This document shows, piece by piece, positions 49,271 to 59,959 of a stretch of 64,000 nucleotides of DNA; within the stretch, counting starts at the first letter, position 1; the number at the start of each line of letters is the position of its first letter. The stretch is from Isurus oxyrinchus (Eukaryota): assembly GCA_026770705.1 (NCBI GenBank), contig JANJGN010000544.1, forward strand, positions 248,001 to 312,000, in the 5' to 3' direction. The notes beneath the pieces were generated by a model. The model ran no database searches, had not been told where the DNA came from, and was given only the letters and a program-made list of their open reading frames with translations. The translations under genes and the position numbers were made by a program.

Positions 49271-49935
49271 TAAATAGATTTATGAATATTCATTTCGAAT
49301 AACGCGAGAAACTGAAAAAAAATTGTGCATAACATCCAACCAATCAGAAAGATTAGGTTCAAAGCAACGAATAGAAATTGACTGTCAAATTGCAAATAGA
49401 GAACAGGAACATACCATCACAATGAATGAATCCATTGTCTGTTAAAATGTTGCTCAGTGAAAATTTCAATCACCCTCCGCTGTGTAACATACAGGCACTG
49501 AGTCAATAAGCAGTCTCCACTCAAATCAACACCAAGGGTCAATCTCCTCTTGCAACTTTTTAACCTGTTGTTATTCTCTGTACCATTTACCATGAAGATA
49601 TAATCCGAAAGTGAATAAGGTTTGTGATTGTAAAAAATGTGTTCACCCCTCGGGGAACTGAACCACACTGACACATACAGAAATATACAACGTGAGTGGT
49701 AGCGAGCAAGGGTTTATCTCTTAGGTGAGAAAAACTCTCAGATCGCAAGTATGGCACAAATTAGTTCCGTTTTGTATCATTTCTGACTGCAAATTCCGTG
49801 AATGCTAATGGATCAACAGAAATGAAGCAACACGGAAGTGAAGCAGGAAAACCATACGGGAGTGTTTGGAAGCTGCTGACTCCATTTAACCAATAGTTAA
49901 TTCTGGAGGCAGCAAAACGAAAGAACAGCGAGAAG

Positions 49936-50017
49936 TACAGTCAGCAGGACTCTAACCCACGTGGGGAGGCCCCAGTGGATTTTAAACCCATCCCTTTAAC
50001 CACTCAGTCACGGCTGC
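49936..50017 (-). pseudogene. tRNA-Ser pseudogene
   Basis: GCAGCCGTGACTGAGTGGTTAAAG.GATGG...AAATCCACTGGGG.CTCCCC..GGTT..GTCCTGCTGACT. Confidence 0.75.
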
Positions 50018-50231
50018 AAGCCTTATTCTAGCGCCATTGTTGTTCCTGTAAAATCCTGGAATGGTTACAGCAGAGAATGAGGGCATTCATCCCCACCTAT
50101 TCCCAGTCACCCTGCAATTCCTATAGCCTCCCCTGTTCTACCTACCAAGAAGAACTACATCATGTGTCAAATCCCCCGAGCCTATTCTAAGGGATTTGAT
50201 GAAACGTCTGGAAGACAAACCAACTGAACTT

Positions 50232-50313
50232 TGGCAATGGTGTGATTAAAATCGAAAACTTAATAGGAACTGCTTCTTAAATCCAGAGCCTGAGACCATT
50301 TGCATACGCTACT
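50232..50313 (-). pseudogene. tRNA-Leu pseudogene
   Basis: GTAGCGT...GGTCTCAGGCTCTGGATTTAAG...AATCACACCATTGCCA. Confidence 0.55.
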
Positions 50314-51130
50314 GCTGGCAATATGAAAATAACCATTGCCTTGATAGGTAACGGTACTGAATTAGAACATAACAAATAGCAACAGGAATAGACCATTTTG
50401 TCTTTCGAGCCCCTCACAGTACCATCAAATCAGACCCAAAAACAACATATAGAGACCATTCAACCGGGTCAGAGGAACATAGCCCATTCAGCCCTTTGAC
50501 CCTGCTCCACCACTCAATAAGATCAAGGCTGATCTGATTGTGGTCTCAACTCCACTTTCCTGTCTGTTTGTCTGTCCTCCCACCCAACGCCCTCACAACC
50601 CCCCATAACCCTTGACTCCCTTGACCATCAAAAATCTGTCTAAATCAGCCTTGAATAAATTCAGTGACCCAGCCTCCACTACTTTCCTCAGGCTAACGAC
50701 CCTCTGAAAAAAAAATCTCCTCATCCTCGTCTTACTCTTCTGGAACTAACTCACCAGGTCCCTCTCCCCCGCCTTTTCCCTGGACATGCTGCAGCTTTTG
50801 GTCCAATTCCCCTTTGAATTCCATGACTGAATCTGCCATCCCCACACTCTCTATCTAACCCAGCCGCCAGATCCATCCCTCCCAGGTCGCCATGTGGAAA
50901 TGCATGGTGACCCTGCACTAAAGAACAGGTCCCAGACATACTCAGCTACTTAACATAAGAACAACATGAAGTGATTATTGTGGAAAATTGAATGAGACAA
51001 CATTTTAAATCATCAAGACATTGACACACACTCCTTAGATAAACTGACTTTCAAACTATCAGGGTAGAATTAAACAAGCTGGTACCTTTCAGAAGGAGTA
51101 AAATTAAAGTGATGAGGGGAATAGAATCTG

Positions 51131-51520
51131 GATTTAGAAAATATCCACAAGGTGGCTGCAGGTGAACAGAGAGTTGGAGAATCTTTAAAGTTCATGCATG
51201 AACTTTTGTTTGACCCAGATGTATTTACAACATGCCAATAATTTAGAATTGTGAGAGATGATCGGAAGGTGGCAGCTCAAGGGTTTGTGTTGCTGATTCT
51301 GATAATTCTAGTAGCTTTAATATGTTATCCACGGTTTGCCATCAAAAAATTAGGAAAACAAGCTGGTAGCTTAGAAGTAGTGAGCTTAGCCAAAAATCAG
51401 TTGTGAGAAGTCAATAAGAATATTCCCTTCTCAAGGTGGGGCGATCTGTAAGAAATCACTATCTAATAACCTTATAAAATCTTCAGAAATGTATTGAATA
51501 TTATAGGAATGGCTCTTCCT
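51131..51520 (+). mobile_element. LTR-element relic: env-like TM C-terminus, polypurine tract (PPT) and start of 3' LTR
   Basis: ..AAQGFVLLILIILVALICYPRFAIKKLGKQ..* (stop at 51404); aaggtggggcgatc then TGTAAGAAATCACT at 51447, homologous to 58716-58780. Confidence 0.65.
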
Positions 51521-51559
51521 CCCCCCTCTCTCTCTCAGTTAGGAACAAAGATTCCTGGC

Positions 51560-52250
51560 TTGACAAACATAGGGCAACACATCCCAATGTTACCTCATAG
51601 GGATGGGCTCAGGAGTTAAGAAATTGAACTTGTACTGGTGAGTGAAGACAATGGTTTTGATTTTCTCAGTTCTTAAAAGGAGCAAGTTTCTACTCATCCA
51701 GCACTTGATGTGGAATAAGCAGCTTGATAATTTAGGAACAGTGGAGGAATGGAGAGGGATAGTGCTGAGGTTGAGCTGAGCATTGTCAGTTTCCATGTGA
51801 AAATTAATACAGTGCTTTTGGATGATGTCGCCTAGTGGTAGCATGTCGATAAGAAATAGGAGGGATCAAGTATAGATCCTGTTTTTAGGATGGATGATGA
51901 CAGTGGATTTAAAGGTGTGAGGAACAGTACTAGAAGAGAGAAAAAAATGAACAATATCAACCAACATGCCGAAGTTGAATGGTCAACAGTTCAGTGGAAA
52001 TAGGCTGACTGGAGCAGAAGGCAAGTCTCATGGGCAAGATGAGCACAGGGAGGCTGTGAAGGGAAATAGGAAACTGGAGAAAGATCTGAGTTCAGAGCAC
52101 AGACATGGGGGATCTTTAGAGACAGTTGACATGGCGGGCTAGTGGAAGGGAGCAAAGCAGCTGATCGGATTGACTTAATCTTAGTGACAAAGAAGCTCCA
52201 TGAGTTCCTTATGCTTGCTGTTGGACATGAGAACAGAACAGACAAGGGAG
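51560..52250 (-). mobile_element. L2 LINE RT fragment
   Basis: MLPLGDIIQKHCINFHMETDNAQL (degenerate YADDTQL). Confidence 0.75.
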
Positions 52251-52459
52251 AGGGTGAGCATTTTAAAAGGAACTAACTTCTGTAGAGAAATGAACAAGAG
52301 TCGACACACATTGTGTTTTGCACAAAGCTGATTTATTTGACTTTTATCCAATATTTTAACCCCTATAACTGAGATGGAGTTTATTAACATCAGCAGAAAC
52401 AGACCATTGAACATGGTTCAGTTCAAAATGTGATTAACAGCAAAATCCAATCACTGCAG

Positions 52460-53335
52460 TTACTTGTCAACTTGAGTTAATGTTTTGAGTCCATGTAACT
52501 TTTCTGAAGATGAGTCCATACAGACTCGAAACGTTTAACTTTGTTTCCCTGTTCACAGCTGCTGCCAGACCTGTTGAATCTTTCCACGTTTTGTTTTTAC
52601 TTGAGATTTCCAGCATCTGCAGCATTTTGCCTTTATATTTGTGAACTGGTTGGTGTCTCTGCAATGTAGTGAACAACAAAATCCGTTCCCACACTTGGAG
52701 CATGAGAACAGCCTCTCCCCACTGTGAATTCACTGGTGTACAGTGAGGTCAGATGATTGCCTGAACCCAGACCCGCAGTGAGAGCACCTTAATGGCCTTT
52801 TGTCAGTACAAACACGTTTGACATCAGTTCTCTGGAACATTTACAGCAGTTCCAGCAATCTGGGCATTTAACAGGCCTGATCAGTGTGATCTTGCTGGTG
52901 TGCCTGCAAATGGGGCAACTGAGTGAATATCTTTCCACACTTGGAGCAGGTGAATTATCTCTCCCAAGTGTAACTGCACTTGTCGAATACGGTCCCTTGA
53001 CTGCCTGCACCCAGTCCCACAGTGAGAACATCTGAATGGTCTCTGGTCAGTGTGGGCACATTGATGATACATCAATTCCCCACACCTTTGAAATCACTTA
53101 TAACACTCTGAGCATTAAAAAAAGTCTCTCGTCAGTGTGAATGCGCTGGTATCTCAGCAGGTGGAATGATGTCCTGAACCTCTTACCACACTGTGAGCGA
53201 TTGAACAGCCTCTCCCAATGTGTGAATTCACTGTTTCAGCAGGTCAGTCCAGGATAGAAATTGAGAAGAGACAAACAAATCTCTTGGTTTGAGTTTGCTG
53301 AATGTAAATCCTCCCCTTCTAAACCCTTGTAAAAG
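52460..53335 (-). pseudogene. C2H2 zinc-finger pseudogene with a PLE-derived insert at ~52467-52640
   Basis: HTDQRPFRCSHCG, HSGERLFSCSKCG with stops. Exon start and 3' UTR are homologous to the + strand ZNF. Confidence 0.85.
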
Positions 53336-53380
53336 GAGTTTCCAAACACTCGGTGTAAACTCGGCTCCGGGAGTTTCTAA

Positions 53381-53514
53381 GATAAAGGCAAAATAGTGCG
53401 GATGCTGGAAATCTGAAACAAAAACAAAAAATGCTGGTAAAATTCAGCAGGTCTGACAGCTTCTGTGCAGAGAAAGACAGAGTTAATGTTTCGAGTCCGT
53501 ATGACTCTTCTGCA
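53381..53514 (-). mobile_element. 134-bp PLE-tail element with hammerhead-like motif
   Basis: 10-bp TSD GAGTTTCTAA (53371, 53515); reverse complement CTGCAGA-A-GAGTC-ATACG-GACTC-GAAAC. Confidence 0.8.
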
Positions 53515-53688
53515 GAGTTTCTAATCCGGGTGTGGAGTCCTACACCGGGTGGTTGTGAACCCTCCCAGTCCATAGTCCGGCTCCATTCCGCTCCTGCACT
53601 CGGCACTTTCTCACCGGCAGGACTTTCCATTCCGGTTCCCCCGCTGTCACTGCGCATGCTCCTCACACCCGGCTCCGCCCCCTATTCA

Positions 53689-54675
53689 AAACAAAAACAA
53701 GAAAAACTTCCCCCAACTTAGTCTACTGCATTCGTTGCTCCCAATGTGGTCTCCTCTACATTGGAGAGACCAAACGTAAACTGGGCGACCGCTTTGCAGA
53801 ACACCTGCGGTCTGTCCGCAAGAATGACCCAAACCTCCCTGTCGCTTGCCATTTTAACACTCCACCCTGCTCTCTTGCCCACATGTCTGTCCTTGGCTTA
53901 CTGCATTGTTCCAGTGAAGCCCAACGCAAACTGGAGGAACAACACCTCATCTTCCGACTAGGCACCTTACAGCCTTCCGGTCTGAATATTGAATTCAATA
54001 ACTTTAGGTCGTGAGCTCCCTCCCCCATCCCCACCCCCTTTCTGTTTCCCCCTTTTTTCCCCTTTTTTTTTCCCTATAAATTTTATAGATTTTTCTTTTC
54101 CCACCTATTTCCATTATTTTTAAATATTTTAAAATCTTTTATGCTCCCCCCACCCCCACTAGAGCTGTACCTTGAGTGCCCTACCATCCATTCTTAATTA
54201 GCACATTCGTTTAGATAATATCACCAACTTTAACTTTAACACCTATGTGTTCTTTTGTACCATTGTTACTGACATCTTTTGATGATCTGCTTCTATCACT
54301 GCTTGTTTGTCTACACAAGCACCTCTGTGTCTCTCTCTCTCTCTCCTTCCCCCCCCCCACACACACACCTTAAACCAGCTTATATTTCAACTCTTTCCTG
54401 GACTCGAAATCAAGTTCTGTCGAAGGGTCATGAGGACTCGAAACGTCAACTCTTTTCTTCTCCGCCGATGCTGCCAGACCTGCTGAGTTTTTCCAGGTAA
54501 TTCTGTTTTTGTTTTGTTTTCAACAAGAAAAACTAGTTCTGTTGAAGGGTCATGAGGACTCGAAACGTCATCAACTCTTTTCTTCTCCGCCGATGCTGCC
54601 AGACCTGCTGAGTTTTTCCAGGTAATTCTGTTTTTGTTTTGGATTTCCAGCATCTGTAGTTTTTTTGTTTTTATT
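53689..54675 (+). mobile_element. Young PLE 3' fragment (GIY-YIG plus partially tandem tail)
   Basis: Near-identical to 7757-8554; 15-bp TSD TCCGCCCCCTATTCA (53674, 54676). Confidence 0.93.
54413..54576 (+). ncRNA. Tandem pair of minimal hammerhead motifs
   Basis: 54413-54451 (CTGTCGA core) and 54535-54576 (CTGTTGA core). Confidence 0.65.
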
Positions 54676-55160
54676 TCCGCCCCCTATTCACTCTGATTGG
54701 GTGGAGGACCAGCCTCACCCGCACCGTTCGTCAGCCGCGTCCCTTCTTGCTATTGGCCTGGAGCTGCCGTCAATCATTGTGAGCTGGCGCATGCGCAGTC
54801 CGTGACAGCAGACGGGGAGACAACTCGAAGAACGGATTTAAAATGCGGAGTTTAGAAAGAACGAGTGCGGATCCAGAGCCGAAATTAAAACCATAAATAG
54901 AGAGATGGCTGGCGGGTGAGTTGGGAAGATTCATAAACTCACGGTGTCGGCCCAAAATCCTCAATAAGGAGCCATCTGTCCCGCGTTCCCTCGGCGCTGC
55001 GAGAGAAAGGCCCCAGATTACAGCCGCCATCTTTATAGGGGCAATGTAATGATGGGCGCATGCGCGACCACCATCTTCATAGCGGCAAATGCAGCAATGC
55101 GCATGCGCCCACCATCCCAGGGAGGGATGTGCAATGTGCTATAGGGCGCGTGCGCATTTT
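54676..55160. promoter_or_regulatory. CpG-rich, probably bidirectional promoter between divergent ZNF genes
   Basis: NRF1 GCGCATGCGC at 54787, 55056, 55099 (variant at 55146); YY1 GCCGCCATCTT at 55023; ATTGG boxes; GC box; candidate donor GTGAGT at 54916. Confidence 0.75.
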
Positions 55161-55280
55161 GCGTTAGGTGACAAGGCCTGAGGGAGACATTCATAAAATG
55201 TGCGGTCACCGGGACCTTTAGATCAACAACAATAGAATTATAAACCCAAAGTCGCTCAGTAGTACAGAATTTACTATTGC

Positions 55281-55675
55281 TTAAAAAAGGAACATGCTGT
55301 TGAAGGTTTTCATGTTGCACTCATCCGGACAGATGCAAGAAAGCCAAATGTCAAAGTGAACAACAATTGATGCTGCACGAGGAAAGGGTGATGACTGGTT
55401 TGGCCAGTCAGCTCTGATTGGTTAAGGCGTTGCCATGGAGAATACATCAAGGAGCCATCATCTCCTGTGCTTTTGTTTAATTCAACCAAAGGCCCCAAGC
55501 TTGGACATGTTCCTTCTGTTTGCAGAGGACAGGTCCTTGTGTATGAATATATTGCAGCTTCCAGCAAGGATAAGTGAGCCACATTACGAGGCTGACTGAC
55601 TGAAATTTGGTGTTCTTGCGTCTTCCCTGATGTGCACACGATTAAAAAGTTTTGACAGAATGTCTACTTTTTAAT
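55281..55675. mobile_element. Old element with ~70-bp terminal inverted repeats (PLE-derived, second family)
   Basis: aaaaaggaacatgctgttgaagg...gcaagaaagccaaat versus atttggtgttcttgc...tttgacagaatgtctacttttt. Confidence 0.55.
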
Positions 55676-55679
55676 CCAT

Positions 55680-56370
55680 ACTCAATTGTCTTAAAGGGGG
55701 AAAATTGTGGTAGAAGATGGAGAGATGTAGGGAGAGATTTTCAGAGCTTGGGGTCGAGGGAACTGAAGGCACCAACACTAATGGTGGAGCGGTTAAAATC
55801 AGGAATATACAAGACCAGAATTAGAGCAGTGCAGATATCTCAGAGGGTTGTGAGGCTGGAGGAGATGACAAAGATAGGGATGGGCGAGGCCATGGAGGAA
55901 TTTGAAAACAAGGATGAGAATTTAAAAATCAAGTTGTTGCTTGACCGGAAGCCAAGGCAGGTCAGGAAGCAGAGGGTGTTAGGGCAATGGGCCTCACTGC
56001 CAGTGAAGACACCAACAGCAATGGTGCCAAGTTTACGGAGCATAGAATGTGGGAGACCAGCCAGGAGTGTGTTGGAATAGTCGAGTCTGGAGGTAACAAT
56101 GGCAGGGATGAGGATTTCAGCAGCAGATGCACTGAGACAGGGTGAGGTTGGGTGATGTTATGGAGGTGGAAACGGGTGATCTTAGTGATGGCACAGATAT
56201 GAGGTCAGGAGCTTATCCCGAGATCAAGTGTAACACCGAGTTTGTGAACAGACTAGTTTAATCTCAGACTGTTCCCCGGGGAGAGGGGTGGAGTTGGTAT
56301 CTGGGAAATGGAGACTGGAGCAGGGACTGAAAACAGTGTCTTCAGCCTTCTCAGTGTTTAATTGGAGTTA
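55680..56370 (-). mobile_element. L2 LINE 3' fragment
   Basis: Reverse complement GAFSSLDPKL*KSLP, YHPCHCYLQTRLFQ and LIFKF-type C-terminal motifs. Confidence 0.7.
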
Positions 56371-57113
56371 ATTAGTCATCAGGAAGAGAAGCAGGAACTG
56401 GAATGAACTATGAGACTGATTCTGGGTTTAACTTAGAGAGGGAGAGAAAGAAGGAAGGAAACCTTGGGAGGTTTGGAGAAACCATCTTCATGATCATTCA
56501 TGAAATCTCCACACTGTGAGTTTTGGACACAAGGTTAACGTCTGCTATTCTGTTTAGTCGGTCAGGGGGGTTTCAGATTAATGTTTTGTCACAAGTAATA
56601 ACTGAAGTGAGTGATCAAACATATTGTCACCTCTAGTTGTACAAGTTTGTTAAAAAGATACTGAAAGAGATGTCCAAAACTCTCACTGGATTTCAGCACA
56701 GGAAGGAGAGAGTGTGTGTAGGACAGGGATTTGAGGCTTTGGGGGAACAAGAGAGGAAAAAATGTTCCATAGGAACTGGAATTATCTGTTCTGAGTTTCT
56801 ATCCTGTTCTTACAGTAATGACTTTTGTAAACTCATTTTACTGAGATTTAGAAGGGGAGGATTTACTGACAGGAAACTCAAACCAAATATCACATCAAAA
56901 TCTGACAGAGTCATTCGATTCATGAGGACTTGAGTGTCATCAGCCTTTGAATGTGTCAGGAGAAATGTTCGTCTGTTCTGTCTGTGGGAGAAGATTTCAA
57001 ACAGCAGCGACTGGAAAAGCACCGAGACACACACACACACCCGAGTGAAAGTGTTCCAGTGAATTGACTGTGGAAAGAGCTTTAGCCTGAAAAAACAAAT
57101 TACAGCATTCACA

Positions 57114-58170
57114 GTGCGGAGAAAATGCACATGTTCTCTGTGTGGACGAGGCTTCAGCTGGTTATCCAACCTGGAGAGACACAGGCACACAGGCACCATG
57201 GAGAAACCGTGGAAATGTGGGGACTGTGGGAAAGAATTCAATTCCCCATCCCAACTGGAAATTCATCAACGCAGTCACACTGGGGAGAGACCATTTACTT
57301 GCTCTGAATGTGGGAAGGGATTCATTCAGTCAGCCTACCTGTTGAGACATCAGCGGGTTCACACTGGGGAGAGGCCATTCACCTGCACTGAGTGTGGGAA
57401 AGGATTCACTGGATCCTCTGATATGCTGAAGCACCAACGAGTTCACACTGAGGAGAGGCCGTTCAGTTGGACTTCCTGTGGAAAGAGATTCCAGTCTTCG
57501 TTCAACCTCACCGTCCACCAGCGACTTCACACTGGAGAGAGGCCGTTCACCTGCTCTGAGTGTGGGAAGGGATTCACTCAATTATCTCACCTATTGACAC
57601 ATCAGCTAGTTCAGACTGGAAAGAGACCATTCACCTGCTCCGAGTGTGGGAAAGGATTCACTCAGTCAGCCTACCTGCTGAGACACCAGCGACATCACAC
57701 TGGGGAGAGGCCGTTTACCTGCCCTGTATGTGGGAAAGGATTCACTGGGTCCTCTGAGCTGCAGAAGCACCAGCGAATTCACACTGAGGAGAGGCCGTTC
57801 AGCTGTACTTCCTGTGGAAAGAGATTCAAGTATTGCTTCCACCTCAAAGTACACCAGCGAGTTCATACTAGGGAAAGGCCATTTACTTGCATTGAGTGTG
57901 GGAAGGGATTCACTCAGTCAGCCTACCTGTTGAGACACTGGAGAGAGGCTGTTCACTTGCCCTGAATGTGGGAAAAGATTCACTGGTTCTTCTGATCTCC
58001 TGAAGCACCAGCTAATTCACAGTGGCGAGAGACCATTCACCTGCTCTAACTGTGGGAAGAAATTCACTCAGTTATCTCACCTACTGACACACCAACGAAT
58101 TCACACTGGGGAGAGGCCATTCACCTGCTCCGAGTGTGGGAAGGGATTCACTAAGTCATCCCACCAGTGA
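57114..58170 (+). pseudogene. Tandem C2H2 zinc-finger gene (~13 fingers), frameshifted at ~57936
   Basis: [16 protein letters not shown] repeats; C>W and H>Q finger lesions; a 14-nt deletion shifts frame and further fingers continue to TGA near 58168. Confidence 0.85.
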
Positions 58171-58715
58171 GTTCACAAGCGACTGCACGGGTTGGATTTT
58201 GCTGTGATTGCTGCTGTTAATCACATCCAGGACTGAACCATGTTCATCCTGACAGTTGGGGTTTGTTCCTGCTGATGTTCACAATCCATGTAACTGGGCT
58301 GGAGTTTAATATTCTGGATCTGTTGTGATTGTGTTCTTGGGGCTGCAGTGTCCCTTTAAGAACCGCTGTCTCTGATCTTTCCCCAGAATTCAGGAACTCG
58401 CATCAGAAACTAGTTTACAACAAGATTCTGAACTTGTACTTCAATCTCAAATTGATCTTTGGTACGAATCCTTCAATTCATTTTAATGAGAGATTCCACT
58501 GATTAACATCTCCAATTAGCAAGTGCTGATTATTCCTTGCTGCCAATTCTTACTGACTTGTACATTACTCACAGCGACATCTCCATTATCCATCAGAAAG
58601 AAGGGGAATGGAAATTGGTGGAGAATCGAGAATTCTCAAATTGTAACCCTCTCGCCTGGTACAGAAAAATCCCCTCGGCATCGGAATGGAGACAAGTTCA
58701 ATCCAAGTAACGGAC

Positions 58716-59285
58716 CACAAGAAATCACTGCCTAATAACCTTATAAAATCTTCAGAAATTTATGGAATATTATAAGAATTGATCAGTCTATCTCTTATGA
58801 AACAAGGTCCATAGCAGCTTGCTGGCTGACACACACAGGACAGGCCTGTTATCTCTGCCAAGGAGATGTCTCTAGCACAGACCCTGAAACAAGACATTTC
58901 TAACCCTGATACAATTGGATCTCATAACCCATCTGTAAACCAACTGCCTGTGTCAAGGTTAAAACAGGCTCTCGAGAGCACAGAGATATTGACGTGATCC
59001 ACACTGGCTTCAGCCCAACACCCACACTCTGGCTCACACCAGTAAACTGTTCAGAGGAGACTGTCACCACCAGCTACAGAGACCAGCACTCACTCTGTAT
59101 CATCCATCCGTTTGTCCTCTGGTACCGGTAAACCGTTCTCACCTGTCACAGGTCGTGTGTTTTTCGTATCTAGTTAGCTTACACATCATATTTAAACTGC
59201 TGCTTCTCAATAAACTATTTTAAAATCTCTTCTGAGCTCGATCCTCTTTTTGAGTAATCTGTGACTCCTGAACCTAAATCTTACA
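58716..59285 (+). mobile_element. LTR (~570 bp)
   Basis: Ends TCTTACA, the inverse of TGTAAGA at 51447; AATAAA at 59209; followed by a primer-binding site. Confidence 0.75.
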
Positions 59286-59287
59286 AG

Positions 59288-59305
59288 TGGTGTTAGGAGT
59301 GGGAT
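59288..59305 (+). other. Primer-binding site complementary to the tRNA-Leu(CAG) 3' end
   Basis: TGGTGTTAGGAGTGGGAT versus expected TGGTGTCAGGAGTGGGAT; 2 nt after the LTR end. Confidence 0.8.
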
Positions 59306-59959
59306 CACAGTGATCGAGATCATAAACTTGAGACACAACAGTCATGGTTAAACATGAATGGAGAAGTTCCTAAGTGAAGCCAGGAGTATACAATGGCATT
59401 GACACATTACAGGGAGCGACTGATAGATAGTCTCACAGAGAAAGCATGCGGGCTGGATGTGAGAGAGATCCTGGGGATTGGTGAAGAGTGTGACCGGGAT
59501 TACGATTATATTCTCAATAGGATTTCTAAAGAGGGTCAGAAATGACAAATTAAGTTGAAGAAGGTCCAGATTCAGTTAGAAAATATCCACAAGGTGGATG
59601 CAGGTGAGCAGAGAGCTGGAGAATCTTTAAAGTCCCTGCATGAATTTCTGTTTGAACCAGATGTATTTACCACATGCTAATAATTTAGATTGTGTGAGAT
59701 GATCAGCAGGTGGGGAGGATGAATCTAAGTTGATAGTTACCACATTTTAGTGGAAAGGTTTTGATGTTTATTCTTGGTGGCAGCTCAAGGGTCTGTGATT
59801 CTGATAGTTCCAGTAGCTTTAATACATTATCTATGGTTTCTCATCAAAAAATTAGGAAAACAAGCTCGTAGCTTAGAAATAGTGAGGTTAGTCAGAAATC
59901 CTGTTGTAAGAAGTCAATAAGGATATTTCTGGCTTGACAAACAAAGGAAAATGTATCCC

